DNA of 64,000 bases from an uncultured bacterium (GCA_937903035.1 CALCZP010000003.1:1156-65155), one strand, 5' to 3'. Counted from the first letter of the stretch, positions 1 through 9,731 are shown. Numbers and translations are program-made. The notes: generated by a model not told the origin, from the letters alone.

Positions 1-489
1 AAGTTCTGATGGCTTAACCACCGTCCAAGTCATTGAACCTAAAATACCTGTACCCGAAAGCGTTGTACCGTTGAATGTTGTGGCACGAGTACGCCGCGTA
101 TTACCAGCAACTGAAATATTGTCAGTTGACCAGTTTGCCGTAGATGGGAAATAGCTACCAGCAACGGCGGTACTAGCAGTTGCGATAGTATTGTCATAAT
201 CAACCCAAAAGTCAGCAGCAGTCGTTCCTCCTGAATTGATATACATTGTTGTCGTAAATGCTTCTCCGACATAGTAGTAATTGTAATTTGCAGCATTCCC
301 CGTTCCCCCATCTCCAGTATTATCACCTCCAGTAACAAGGCCAGTACGAAATTCGTACCAGTCTGCACCACTTGGAGCACCAGCAAGAAGTGTTGTGGTA
401 CCAAAAAGAATTACTCCAATAACAACAAACACACCTACAACCATTCGTAATGCTTTTATGGAAAAGAGTTGCCGTAAGTTGTGTAACAT
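1..489 (-). CDS. Secreted/surface protein with putative cohesin-like domain (partial; 3' end runs off the window)
   Basis: Not in the ORF track. Manual translation from ATG at 489: MLHNLRQLFSIKALRMVVGVFVVIGVILFGTTTLLAG...VGEAFTTTMYINSGGTTAADFWVDYDNTIATAS...GSYFP...SGTGILGSMTWTVVKP. Open to position 1; N-terminal TM/signal and cohesin-like beta pattern; starts 1 nt after the dockerin gene stop. Confidence 0.6.
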   Translation of the reverse strand, partial: MLHNLRQLFSIKALRMVVGVFVVIGVILFGTTTLLAGAPSGADWYEFRTGLVTGGDNTGDGGTGNAANYNYYYVGEAFTTTMYINSGGTTAADFWVDYDNTIATASTAVAGSYFPSTANWSTDNISVAGNTRRTRATTFNGTTLSGTGILGSMTWTVVKPSEL

Positions 490-490
490 G

Positions 491-1258
491 TTAATCACCG
501 GTTTCATTGAGATGTTGGACTACGATACTAATATCATTTGCATTCACGGTCGTGTCTTGGTTAATGTTGCCTCGGTATGCATTCCCCGTAGCATCATTCA
601 CATTGAGACTTCCGATAACAATTGAAATATCATTTGCATTAACAGTGTTATCACCAAACACTCCAGGTGTTGGCGAAGGATTCACATCTCCACCAATAAT
701 GCGTCCCGTTCCATACGTTGATGAGTTATTAGATTGGGTAAAGTTAAGAGTAGTCTCCCCTGAGGTGAATGCAATGTTCGAAAGTTTCTTTCGGAGATGT
801 TGGCTAGTCTTTACATATACATCGTAGTTTCCTGGTGTTATAGCAGACAAATCAATCGGTGTAAGATAGGTACCATCCTCGCTCGTTCGGAGCGTACTAC
901 TTGTATCTTGGGGTATACGAATTGAAGATCCACCACCAGTAGGTGTAAATGTTAAGTAAAATTCACTGTCGTAGTTAGGATTTGGAGGTGTTGCACGCGT
1001 ATCATACGGAATCAACCATTGAATAAGCGCAGTAAGTCCTGTATCACCACCCCAAAACATGCCATGGTCATAGATGTAGTTCGTACTACTTGATCGTCCT
1101 GCACCGGGCGCTCCAACTTCGGCGTTGAACTGATAGTTACTCGATGCACCATTGAGCACTGTACTTGCACCTGTTTCTTGCTTGGAGACCGTGTCAGCAA
1201 AGAGTGCCGTCGGCACTGAAAGCGCGAGCAAATACACAAGCAACGGCATACGTTTCAT
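491..1258 (-). CDS. Secreted protein with C-terminal dockerin type I domain
   Basis: Signal peptide; Ig-like segment (PGNYDVYVK..HLRK); duplicated Ca-loop motifs GDVN...DNTVNANDISIV and GNINQDTTVNANDISIV. Confidence 0.8.
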   Translation of the reverse strand: MKRMPLLVYLLALSVPTALFADTVSKQETGASTVLNGASSNYQFNAEVGAPGAGRSSSTNYIYDHGMFWGGDTGLTALIQWLIPYDTRATPPNPNYDSEFYLTFTPTGGGSSIRIPQDTSSTLRTSEDGTYLTPIDLSAITPGNYDVYVKTSQHLRKKLSNIAFTSGETTLNFTQSNNSSTYGTGRIIGGDVNPSPTPGVFGDNTVNANDISIVIGSLNVNDATGNAYRGNINQDTTVNANDISIVVQHLNETGD

Positions 1259-1294
1259 TGTGCAAAGTATATCACGAGAAGTTCAAACAATGCG

Positions 1295-1687
1295 TTACTT
1301 TGTCGAAGCGTACTGTGCAATCGCAGTCGCAACCTTACCTTCATCCGTCAATGACTCATAGAAAACGATATCATCCTTGCGAATCCTCATTTCATCAGTC
1401 GGTGCATGGATTTCATTGCCAAGTTTTACAAGATCGAGGTTGCCACCCTGTGTTGAGAGCTGGTCAATCCCTGTTGTTGATGACGTCCCAGGGCGAAGGT
1501 AGTAAATATCCTTGAGTTTCGCATATCCACCAATCCCCCACGTCAGCTTGCCAAAATACACCTGGCCATTCGATAGAAATACTGCTTTGTATCCATTGTA
1601 CGGATAGAGTCTTCCCGGAAGACCGAGAGTAATAAACAATAGTACGACGATACCGACACCTGCGAGAATTTTATGCGTGAATTTCAT
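1295..1687 (-). CDS. Conserved CPR single-TM hypothetical protein
   Basis: N-terminal TM; YKAVFLSNGQVYFGKL...LKDIYYL...LVKLGNEIHAP motif common in Patescibacteria. Confidence 0.75.
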   Translation of the reverse strand: MKFTHKILAGVGIVVLLFITLGLPGRLYPYNGYKAVFLSNGQVYFGKLTWGIGGYAKLKDIYYLRPGTSSTTGIDQLSTQGGNLDLVKLGNEIHAPTDEMRIRKDDIVFYESLTDEGKVATAIAQYASTK

Positions 1688-1705
1688 ACAAGCTAGTGTA
1701 CCACA

Positions 1706-3499
1706 CTAGCGAATCTCAAAAGATGCATTTTTTTGGACGTTTTCAACAAGTGTTGCAAATGTTTTCTCTACTTCCTCATTCGTGAGTGTCTTGTCCATTG
1801 ATTGAAACACGAGTCGATATGCCACACTCGTGCGTCCGTCTTTGATAAAGGTATCAAGCAGTGTTGGTGGTCTAACACAGTGCTCTGCTGCAAATATACC
1901 AAGCACTTGCTCAAGGTTTTTTTGGTCATCAGAAGCTTTAAGCCATACCGCAATGTCACGTGTGATAAATGGATAGAGTGACCACGGCTTGAATGTGCCA
2001 GCAACTGCAAAGCTGTTCGCAACCGGAGCATGCACCTCAATACTGTGATCAGCGACAAACTGCTCAAGTGATATCTCCTGAATAACACCCCCATCAACAG
2101 TTGCAACATGGAGTATTTCTTGTGGTTCGGCGATGTCTTTTTTCACTGAAAAAACAGTACCGATCTCAAAAAGTTTGATACTCTGTACACCAAGAAGTGC
2201 TGCGTTTGTTTTGTTGAGATCGTAGCTTTCTTTGAGTCCATCAGAGAGATTGGTGCGCAGCGCTGACTTACCTTTCGGACCACGAGCAACTTCGATATCC
2301 CCTTTTGGACGAAACGCATAGGTGAGGACTTCAGAAAATCCCTGTGCAGTGAGATATGCTTTGACTGCACGAATAGCAGCAAATGTTGGATGTGATTCAA
2401 CTGCTGGGGTAAATGGTAATGTCTTTGCCTCAATCGTATCGTAGCCAGTCACACGACCAATCTCCTCTGCGATGTCATGCGCACCAGTGATATCTTGGCG
2501 GTAGTATGGGATGGTAAGTGTAAAATTCTCACCATCTTGGATGTACTCGTAGTTGTATGCGTCAAATACTTTGGCAATATGCGATGCACCGATCGCTAAA
2601 CCGAGGCGTGAAGTGATATCGTTTGTAGTAAATGACAGTGTGCGAGAAGTTTCTGGTGCTGGATAGATATCTTTCACACCAACAACTTCACCTCCAGCAA
2701 TATCCTTGATGAGCGCAACAAGCTGTCCTGCTGCGGGAGCTACAACTTCTGGTGAGAGATTATTTTCAAATCGCTTTGCAGCATCGGTCACAAGATTCAA
2801 TCCTCGCGCGGTCTTGCGTGTTGATGCAGGATCAAAGTTTGCAATTTCAAGAACAATACTCGTCGTATCCTTGGACACTTCTGCGCTCTTGCCACCCTTC
2901 ACACCTGCTATCGCAAGTGCACCGAGATAATCCCCAATGACAATGTTGTCTGACTTGAGCATTTTTTCTTCATCAGAGAGTGTGATGATTTTTTCACTAT
3001 CTTTTGCGGAGCGAACAATAATACCACCGTCAATCTTTGCTCGATCAAATGCGTGCGTAGGCTGCCCGCTATCAAGGAGGACAAAGTTTGTCGCATCGAC
3101 GACATTGTTAATACTGCGCTGTCCTACTGACTCGAGCCTCTCTTTGAGCCATGCCGGTGACGGACCAACTTTTACCCCGTCAATCTGAATGGCAATATAG
3201 CGACGACATACCTCAGTCTTAAGTTCAACTGGAAGTGCGAGCTCTATCGTTGGAAGTTCGTATGATGTTTTTTTGAGTGTGAGATTGAGTAGTCCTGTGA
3301 TCTCGCGCGCAACGCCTATGTGTGAGAGACAGTCTCCTGCACGATCAGGCAATACCTTGATATCCATGACAGTATCGTCGCCATGTGTTTCAACGTCCTC
3401 CACTTCAAATGCATGAAAAATAATTTGCTGCACAAGCTCCTCCAATACAGGAAGCTTTTCTTCGATATGTGTTTGGAGCCAGTTATAGGAAATTTTCAT
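1706..3499 (-). CDS. pheT: Phenylalanine--tRNA ligase beta subunit (short form, lacks B2 OB domain)
   Basis: MKISYNWL start, DRAGDCLSHIGVARE, B3/4 domain, B5 (PYYRQDI..DIAEEIGR), C-terminal FDX-ACB (RDIAV...LTNEEV). Confidence 0.95.
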   Translation of the reverse strand: MKISYNWLQTHIEEKLPVLEELVQQIIFHAFEVEDVETHGDDTVMDIKVLPDRAGDCLSHIGVAREITGLLNLTLKKTSYELPTIELALPVELKTEVCRRYIAIQIDGVKVGPSPAWLKERLESVGQRSINNVVDATNFVLLDSGQPTHAFDRAKIDGGIIVRSAKDSEKIITLSDEEKMLKSDNIVIGDYLGALAIAGVKGGKSAEVSKDTTSIVLEIANFDPASTRKTARGLNLVTDAAKRFENNLSPEVVAPAAGQLVALIKDIAGGEVVGVKDIYPAPETSRTLSFTTNDITSRLGLAIGASHIAKVFDAYNYEYIQDGENFTLTIPYYRQDITGAHDIAEEIGRVTGYDTIEAKTLPFTPAVESHPTFAAIRAVKAYLTAQGFSEVLTYAFRPKGDIEVARGPKGKSALRTNLSDGLKESYDLNKTNAALLGVQSIKLFEIGTVFSVKKDIAEPQEILHVATVDGGVIQEISLEQFVADHSIEVHAPVANSFAVAGTFKPWSLYPFITRDIAVWLKASDDQKNLEQVLGIFAAEHCVRPPTLLDTFIKDGRTSVAYRLVFQSMDKTLTNEEVEKTFATLVENVQKNASFEIR

Positions 3500-3514
3500 C
3501 TATATACCTCTTTA

Positions 3515-4210
3515 TTAAAATTGATTGAACCGGAGATCACCTTGATATGCAAGACGTACATCACTCATACCAAATCTGATCATCATGAGACGATCAAGTC
3601 CCATACCAAATGCAAAGCCGGTGAGCTTCGCATCGTAGCCGACTGATGCAAAGACATTCGGATGCACCATACCTGCACCGCAGACTTCCAGCCATTTTTC
3701 TACGCCATCTTTGACGACTTTTACATCGACTTCAAATCCAGGCTCAACGAATGGAAAGAAGCTTGGACGAAGTCTGATCTCGGTCTCTGCACCAAAAAGC
3801 TCCTTAAAGGATCCAAGCAGTGTTCCCTTGAGATGCTCAACGGTGATTCCCTGGCCGACTACCAACCCTTCGATCTGATGAAATTGCATTTCGTGCGTGG
3901 CATCTGTTGCTTCGTTGCGAAACACTTTGCCGGGAGCAATGATTGCAAACGGCGCTTTGTGCGTTTCCATATAGCGGATCTGCACCGGACTCGTATGTGT
4001 GCGCATCACCTTGCCAGGCATACCCTTGATCCAAAAGGTGTCTTGCATATCGCGTGCCGGATGATCCTTGGGTACGTTGAGTGCATCAAAGTTATGCCAT
4101 TCATCCTCAAGCTCAGGCCCCATTGCGACACTGAACCCTTGCGCAGCAAAAATACGGACGATTTCGTCAGTGACAAGAGTTAACGGGTGTAGTGAGCCAG
4201 TATGTTCCAT
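3515..4210 (-). CDS. pheS: Phenylalanine--tRNA ligase alpha subunit (catalytic core only)
   Basis: GSLHP, NFDALN.P.DHPARDMQDTF, RTHTSPVQ, FHQIEG, RPSFFPFVEP, GFAFGMGLDR. Confidence 0.97.
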   Translation of the reverse strand: MEHTGSLHPLTLVTDEIVRIFAAQGFSVAMGPELEDEWHNFDALNVPKDHPARDMQDTFWIKGMPGKVMRTHTSPVQIRYMETHKAPFAIIAPGKVFRNEATDATHEMQFHQIEGLVVGQGITVEHLKGTLLGSFKELFGAETEIRLRPSFFPFVEPGFEVDVKVVKDGVEKWLEVCGAGMVHPNVFASVGYDAKLTGFAFGMGLDRLMMIRFGMSDVRLAYQGDLRFNQF

Positions 4211-5166
4211 TATTTTTTGAATACGTTCTGTATCTTATACAAGAAACGCTTGATGAGCGAGCTACTCTTTGGATTTGGTGGACAGCCGTGCGGACAGTGC
4301 GTAAAGCCTTTGGCAGCAATTTGCTTTTGTTCACAATCACCACAGACAATGAACTGCCCATTGCAGCCACGATCACGACAGTCAACAATGCGCTCACTCG
4401 GTGCATCACATCCTGCACATCGTCCCACAATCACATGCTTTGGATCATCGGTATAGAAGCCCATCATGACGCGCCCATCAAAGACATAGAGCTTGCCCTC
4501 GAAGTCTTCGTTCGGATATTTCTCCATATAGGAGACGATACCACCATCAAGTTGATAGACGTCAGTGAAGCCTTGTGTGATGAGGTAGCCACTCGCCTTT
4601 TCACAACGCACCCCTCCAGTACAGACCGTGAGTACAGTTTTGTTTTTGAGATGCTTCAAGCCTTTGGTGATCTTGGGGAGATCGCGAAAGTTATTCATCG
4701 GCGGACAGATGGAGCCTGCAAACTTACCCACTGCATGTTCGTACGCATTTCGCATGTCAACAATATAGAACTCTTTTTTGTCAGCAATCCATTGGTGCAA
4801 ATCCTCTGGTGACAAATGAATCCCTGTAACTTCATTAGGATTCACATCACACACACCGAGATGTGCGGACACAATCTCATCACGCACCTTCACAGAGAGA
4901 CGAGGAAATGCGTCGCCAGTACCCTCACTTTTCTTGTAGTGAATATTGAGGAATCGCTCATCCTTTTCGAGTTCCTTGATGAACGTCTCAGTATTTTCAA
5001 CTGTTCCCTCAAGCGTAAAGTTGAGTCCTTCGGTACCTACGATGAGGCGTCCTTTGAGCTCAAGCTTTTGACAGAGCGCAAAAATATGGTCACGCACCAC
5101 CTGCGGATCACTTATGTGGACATATTTATAAAAGAGAAGGATTTGATACTTCATGACAGAGGTCAC
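4210..5166 (-). CDS. trhO: Rhodanese-related tRNA uridine(34) hydroxylase (TrhO/YceA, UPF0176)
   Basis: LFYKYV, GRLIVGTEGLN, DMRNAYE, CTGGVRCEKAS, VYQLDGGI..Y, GKLYVFDGR, C-terminal Cys cluster. Confidence 0.88.
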   Translation of the reverse strand: MTSVMKYQILLFYKYVHISDPQVVRDHIFALCQKLELKGRLIVGTEGLNFTLEGTVENTETFIKELEKDERFLNIHYKKSEGTGDAFPRLSVKVRDEIVSAHLGVCDVNPNEVTGIHLSPEDLHQWIADKKEFYIVDMRNAYEHAVGKFAGSICPPMNNFRDLPKITKGLKHLKNKTVLTVCTGGVRCEKASGYLITQGFTDVYQLDGGIVSYMEKYPNEDFEGKLYVFDGRVMMGFYTDDPKHVIVGRCAGCDAPSERIVDCRDRGCNGQFIVCGDCEQKQIAAKGFTHCPHGCPPNPKSSSLIKRFLYKIQNVFKK

Positions 5167-5197
5167 TATAGCGCCAACTGGCTAAAAAATGAAGGGG

Positions 5198-5686
5198 CTA
5201 ACTTTTTAATTCCCTCCGGTGTCTTTGATGAATTTGTACAACATCTCGAAGTGTTGCAACTAGTCGTCCCGCCGCAAATCCTGCAAACATCGCATAGCTC
5301 GTCCCCGATATAACAATCACATCATGAAACTCCGTATCAATGAAATGTTTGGTGACAAACCGAATACAAAGATATATACCCAGAAGCACTACCGCAGCAA
5401 GATCAACACGGCCAAGGGCCACAATTGCCTTTTCTTCATCCCATGATACTTGGGAAAAGAGTTTTGAAAGCACAAGAAGGCCAAGCAGAAATCCGCTACA
5501 CGCAAAGCCAAGCGGTACACCCCACCCGAGTCCACGAAAGAGGATATCAAAGATCGTGAGTGCTCCATAAACAAGTGTTACTAATACGAGAAAATATAGT
5601 CTAAGCCTCAGTTTGAGATGAAGCTTTCCTTTGCGATGAAGATTGCGCACTGTTTCAATATCGATATCAACCTCTGCATTTTCCAT
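5198..5686 (-). CDS. Hypothetical 4-TM membrane protein
   Basis: Four hydrophobic segments; co-oriented with neighbours. Confidence 0.7.
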   Translation of the reverse strand: MENAEVDIDIETVRNLHRKGKLHLKLRLRLYFLVLVTLVYGALTIFDILFRGLGWGVPLGFACSGFLLGLLVLSKLFSQVSWDEEKAIVALGRVDLAAVVLLGIYLCIRFVTKHFIDTEFHDVIVISGTSYAMFAGFAAGRLVATLRDVVQIHQRHRRELKS

Positions 5687-5713
5687 GGGCGAACTATACC
5701 GTCTTTGTCACGA

Positions 5714-7456
5714 CTACGCACGCTCACCTACCTGCTGACGCCACATCGCAAAGTAAAGCCCCTTTTGCGCTAGCAACTCCTCATGTGTTCCTGACTCGCT
5801 CATTGTACCCTTCTCAAGTACATAGATACGATCAGCATGCATGATCGTTGAGAGTCGATGCGCAATGAGTATTGTGATGCGCTCATTTGTTGCAGAGACT
5901 TCTTTGATTGTTTTACTGATTTCTTCTTCGGTCAGACTATCAAGCGCACTTGTCGCTTCATCAAATACGAGAATATTTGGATTGCGAAGGAGTGCTCGGG
6001 CGATTGAGATACGCTGTTTTTCACCACCTGAAACTTTAACCCCACCTTCTCCGATGACAGTATCTAGCTCTTGACCACCACGCTCAAGCAAATTTTGACA
6101 TTGTGCTTTTTGAAGTGCATCGAGACATTCCTCATCAGTTGCAGCAGGGTTCACAAATAACAAATTTTCACGAATCGTTCCAGAAAATAGCTGCGTATCC
6201 TGAGTCACAAACCCTATTTGTTTGCGAAGCTCATCCTTGTTTATATCATCGTACGGAATGTTGTTGTACAAGATGGTACCTTCTGTTGGCTCATAGAGAC
6301 CAACCAACAATTTCACCAAAGACGTCTTGCCAGACCCTGATGGACCAACAAATGCAATCGTTTCTCCCTGCTTAACGTTATAACTAATAGTAGTAAGTGC
6401 TTGTGTTTGTGCAGATGTATATCCAAACGACACCTCCTTGAATGCAAGCTCTGTCACCTCTCCTACGTGCTTTGGATTAGTCGCACGAGGCTCAGGTTTG
6501 GTATCCATAAGCGTCTGATAGTTTGCAAGTGATGCTTCTGCCTGACGATACGTCGCAATATAGCCCGCGATTTGGGTAAGTGGGAAAAACAAGTAGAACG
6601 AATAGATATTGAGAGAGAAATACTGCCCAAGGGTAATCGTGCGCGTAAAGATCATATAGAACAGGAAGAGGTAGATTGCTGCTCGAATAAAGTTTGTGAC
6701 TGTACCCTGAATAAAGTCTAATGTCCGCACATATTTAAGCTTCTTGAGTTCGAGTTTCAATATCTTTTCAGTTGTGGTATTGAGTCTAGCAACTTCTTGA
6801 CCTGTGAGCCCGAGAGATTTCACGAGCTCAATATTACGAAGTGACTCGGTCGTTGATCCAGCGAGCGCGGTCGTCTCTGCAACAATCAACATCTGCACTG
6901 TTTTGATTTTTTTTGAAAAGACGAGCGTGATCGTGCCAATAATGATCACCATCGCTCCATAGATTACAGGGATTGCCCAGTACACGGTTGCCGCATACAC
7001 CATTACGAAGACAAGAATAATCCCCGAGAGAAAGAGCACATTAATCGTATCTTGAATCAGTTTTTCAGTGTCTTGTCGAGCTTTCTGGAGCTTACCGAGT
7101 GTTTCCCCACTTCGCTCGTCTTCAAACAATGCATACGGGAGACCAAGTGAATGCTCAACACCAGCACTGTACATATCTGCCCCACTTCGCTGACTGACGC
7201 GATTGAGATAGTAGTCTTGGAAATTTTTTGCAACACGAGAAACAAATGCAGTTCCTATGAATACCAACAAAAGGCCGATTGTTCCTTGCAGAAATGCTGA
7301 GCGTGTGAGCACGTCATATCTGAGCGCATAGGTATCAATGATGCGCTGATAGATGAGTGGCTCGACGAGTGAGAACACTTGGTTGATGATGGCAAGTACC
7401 ACCACAAGAGTGCACATCTTCCAATATTTACGGAGATATTGTTGGAGAATTTGCAT
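5714..7456 (-). CDS. ABC exporter, fused permease/ATPase (MdlA/MsbA-like)
   Basis: 6-TM N-terminus, Walker A GPSGSGKT, signature VSGGEKQR, Walker B ILVFDEATSALD, AHRLS. Confidence 0.95.
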   Translation of the reverse strand: MQILQQYLRKYWKMCTLVVVLAIINQVFSLVEPLIYQRIIDTYALRYDVLTRSAFLQGTIGLLLVFIGTAFVSRVAKNFQDYYLNRVSQRSGADMYSAGVEHSLGLPYALFEDERSGETLGKLQKARQDTEKLIQDTINVLFLSGIILVFVMVYAATVYWAIPVIYGAMVIIIGTITLVFSKKIKTVQMLIVAETTALAGSTTESLRNIELVKSLGLTGQEVARLNTTTEKILKLELKKLKYVRTLDFIQGTVTNFIRAAIYLFLFYMIFTRTITLGQYFSLNIYSFYLFFPLTQIAGYIATYRQAEASLANYQTLMDTKPEPRATNPKHVGEVTELAFKEVSFGYTSAQTQALTTISYNVKQGETIAFVGPSGSGKTSLVKLLVGLYEPTEGTILYNNIPYDDINKDELRKQIGFVTQDTQLFSGTIRENLLFVNPAATDEECLDALQKAQCQNLLERGGQELDTVIGEGGVKVSGGEKQRISIARALLRNPNILVFDEATSALDSLTEEEISKTIKEVSATNERITILIAHRLSTIMHADRIYVLEKGTMSESGTHEELLAQKGLYFAMWRQQVGERA

Positions 7457-7459
7457 AGA

Positions 7460-7954
7460 CTACTGTGCAGGCATGTCCATACCACCCCAAAGATTCGCGG
7501 TCCCAAGTGCGGTATTGCCAGATGACTTGATATAGAGGAAGAGCTGCATCTTGTACGCCGCGAGCCATTTGAGAAGATTTTCAACAAGGTATCGTCCTTT
7601 TGACATTTCCCCCATCCCATAGATATTGATCACCTTGGCAAGCTCTTCATCAGTAAAGAGCTCCATAGTCGCCTTGAAATCTGCGAGCTGCTTGTCCATC
7701 ATGTCAGCAAAGTTTGAAAGTGTGGTTGGCTCAGTTGGTTGAGGCAGTGTCTTGTACGCGTCAGTCGTCCCCGCAAGAATAACCTTAGTTGCATTTACAA
7801 AGACTTCTGAGAGGTACTGCAATAGCTCGCTTGTCGTCCGCTGCCCGTCAGTAGGCTTGTAGCCCTCGGTGTCAGCGGGGATTTTGGTCGCCAAGTGCTT
7901 GATAATACGGAATTCGTTGCTGACTGAGTCAATAAGGTCTTGTTTGGTGTACAT
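7460..7954 (-). CDS. DinB/YfiT-like helical protein
   Basis: YKPTDGQRTTSELLQYL...YKMQLFLYIK...LW pattern of DinB-like proteins. Confidence 0.6.
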   Translation of the reverse strand: MYTKQDLIDSVSNEFRIIKHLATKIPADTEGYKPTDGQRTTSELLQYLSEVFVNATKVILAGTTDAYKTLPQPTEPTTLSNFADMMDKQLADFKATMELFTDEELAKVINIYGMGEMSKGRYLVENLLKWLAAYKMQLFLYIKSSGNTALGTANLWGGMDMPAQ

Positions 7955-8046
7955 ATATATGATGATTGGCTGCTAGTGCCGCAAGTATAGCTGATATGCT
8001 ACGATGACACCAAACATATTCTTTTCACCTCAAAAACATAAAAACT

Positions 8047-9111
8047 ATGGCAAAAGCATTGGTTAAGTTTAGTATCAAAGATGACTTCTTTGACGAACTT
8101 CGTTTAGAAGTGAAAAATTATTTCACTTCTAATAAAATCGCAATAACCGGAGATTATCGTTTACATCTAAAAACAGCGATATTACTAACGCTTGCAATTG
8201 CAACGTATACTCATTTGGTATTCTACACGCCACCACTATGGCCAGCATTGATTGAATGTATTTTTCTCGGCACCTTATTTGTATCAATCGGATTCAATGT
8301 GATGCATGATGCATCACATGGAAGTTATTCCTCCAAACCCTGGGTGAATGAACTTATGGTACTTACTGCTGAGATGATGGGTGCTAGTTCTTTTTTGTGG
8401 ATTAAAAAGCATGATGGTATTCATCATATTCTTACTAACACTGAACATGACGACGATCTTCAAGCGGGTAAGGTTATGCGAATGCATCCTAGTCAAAAAC
8501 GATTATGGATCCATCGATATCAACATATATATGCATGGTTTGCGTATATGTTGTTGTATCTCAATTGGATTTGGATCAATGATTTCAACAAATATATCTT
8601 TCGTAAAATACATACGACTGAAATAAAAGAAGTTAAAAGATCAGACCATATCAAATTTTTGTCAGGCAAAGTATTCCATGGAGTATTTATGATTTGGATT
8701 CCGTGGCATCGTCTTGGTTTCACTTCATGGCTCATTGGATATCTTTCCTTTGCATTTGCTCTCGGACTTATCATGAGTGTTGTGTTCCAACTTGCTCACG
8801 TAGTAGAAAAAAGTACTTTCCCTACTTCAGAAAATGGAAGAATTATCTCTCCTACATGGGCAAGAATACAAATTCTGGAAACATGCGATTTTAGTACGAA
8901 GAATAAAGTTCTAACTTGGCTCCTTGGAGGATTAAACTTTCAAGTAATTCATCATTTATTCAGAGATATTAGCCATGTTCATTATCCTGCAATACAGCCT
9001 ATAGTGAAAAGAAAGTGTGAGAAGTATCAAATACCTTACACTGAACTACCTATTCTCTTTGCGATAAAATCACATTTCCGAGTAATTAAAACACTCGGAC
9101 AAGAAGCCTGA
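8047..9111 (+). CDS. Membrane fatty acid desaturase (delta-6-like)
   Basis: Three His boxes HDASH, HDGIHH, QVIHH; also FQLAHVVE and GGLNFQ. Confidence 0.9.
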   Translation: MAKALVKFSIKDDFFDELRLEVKNYFTSNKIAITGDYRLHLKTAILLTLAIATYTHLVFYTPPLWPALIECIFLGTLFVSIGFNVMHDASHGSYSSKPWVNELMVLTAEMMGASSFLWIKKHDGIHHILTNTEHDDDLQAGKVMRMHPSQKRLWIHRYQHIYAWFAYMLLYLNWIWINDFNKYIFRKIHTTEIKEVKRSDHIKFLSGKVFHGVFMIWIPWHRLGFTSWLIGYLSFAFALGLIMSVVFQLAHVVEKSTFPTSENGRIISPTWARIQILETCDFSTKNKVLTWLLGGLNFQVIHHLFRDISHVHYPAIQPIVKRKCEKYQIPYTELPILFAIKSHFRVIKTLGQEA

Positions 9112-9127
9112 AAAGGCTTCTTTTTTT
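9101..9127. terminator. Intrinsic terminator after desaturase
   Basis: aagaagcct-gaaa-aggcttctttttttt hairpin with T-tract. Confidence 0.7.
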
Positions 9128-9164
9128 ATATAAAACTGTAAGTACATCAAAATAATTTAGAGAG

Positions 9165-9695
9165 TTATTCTTTATTCTCCGCCCACTCATTAGCCAGTCG
9201 TGCAGTCTCTTGAAGAAACGTAAATTTCCCTGGACGGTATGATAAATAATCATCAGGATGCTCGATCTTCAATTTTTCTTTCAAAGCACTATATTGCCCT
9301 GCCCGTTCTGAATGAGTTCGAAGATAATCTCTCACATTGATGAACTGTTTAATCCGTGGAGCACCTGTTTCAAATACATGAATATTCTCAATCTTTTCAG
9401 TACCCACTATTTTCTCAAATAACACTGAGCGCTCATCTAAAACATTTTCTCTTAAAATATATCCGGTAGAAATCATCTCTTCTTTTACTCTCTCAAGACT
9501 CGTAATATTCTCAACTATTACCAAGACATCAATAAGAGGTTTTGCTTTCATACCCACAACTGAAGTACTCCCTACATGCTCAATAGACAACGCCATTGTT
9601 CCAAAAACTTCTTCAAGTACTTTTTTAATAGTATTAAATTTTGTAACCCAGTCGGGATTATAAGGCTCGATGGAGTAAGTTCTTTCAGAATTCAT
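9165..9695 (-). CDS. GrpB family nucleotidyltransferase-fold protein (UPF0157)
   Basis: YNPDW...IEHVGSTSV.GMKAKPLIDV...RDYLR...Y..LK. Start moved to ATG 9695 because the longer ORF overlaps tRNA-His. Confidence 0.9.
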   Translation of the reverse strand: MNSERTYSIEPYNPDWVTKFNTIKKVLEEVFGTMALSIEHVGSTSVVGMKAKPLIDVLVIVENITSLERVKEEMISTGYILRENVLDERSVLFEKIVGTEKIENIHVFETGAPRIKQFINVRDYLRTHSERAGQYSALKEKLKIEHPDDYLSYRPGKFTFLQETARLANEWAENKE

Positions 9696-9731
9696 ATTTT
9701 TACTATAACGAATCTTTATTCGTCTTGCTTG

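Noticed and set aside
3662-5313. Long + strand ORFs antisense to pheS/trhO, and similar shadow ORFs throughout the window
   Set aside because: Antisense shadows of well-supported genes with no motifs of their own.
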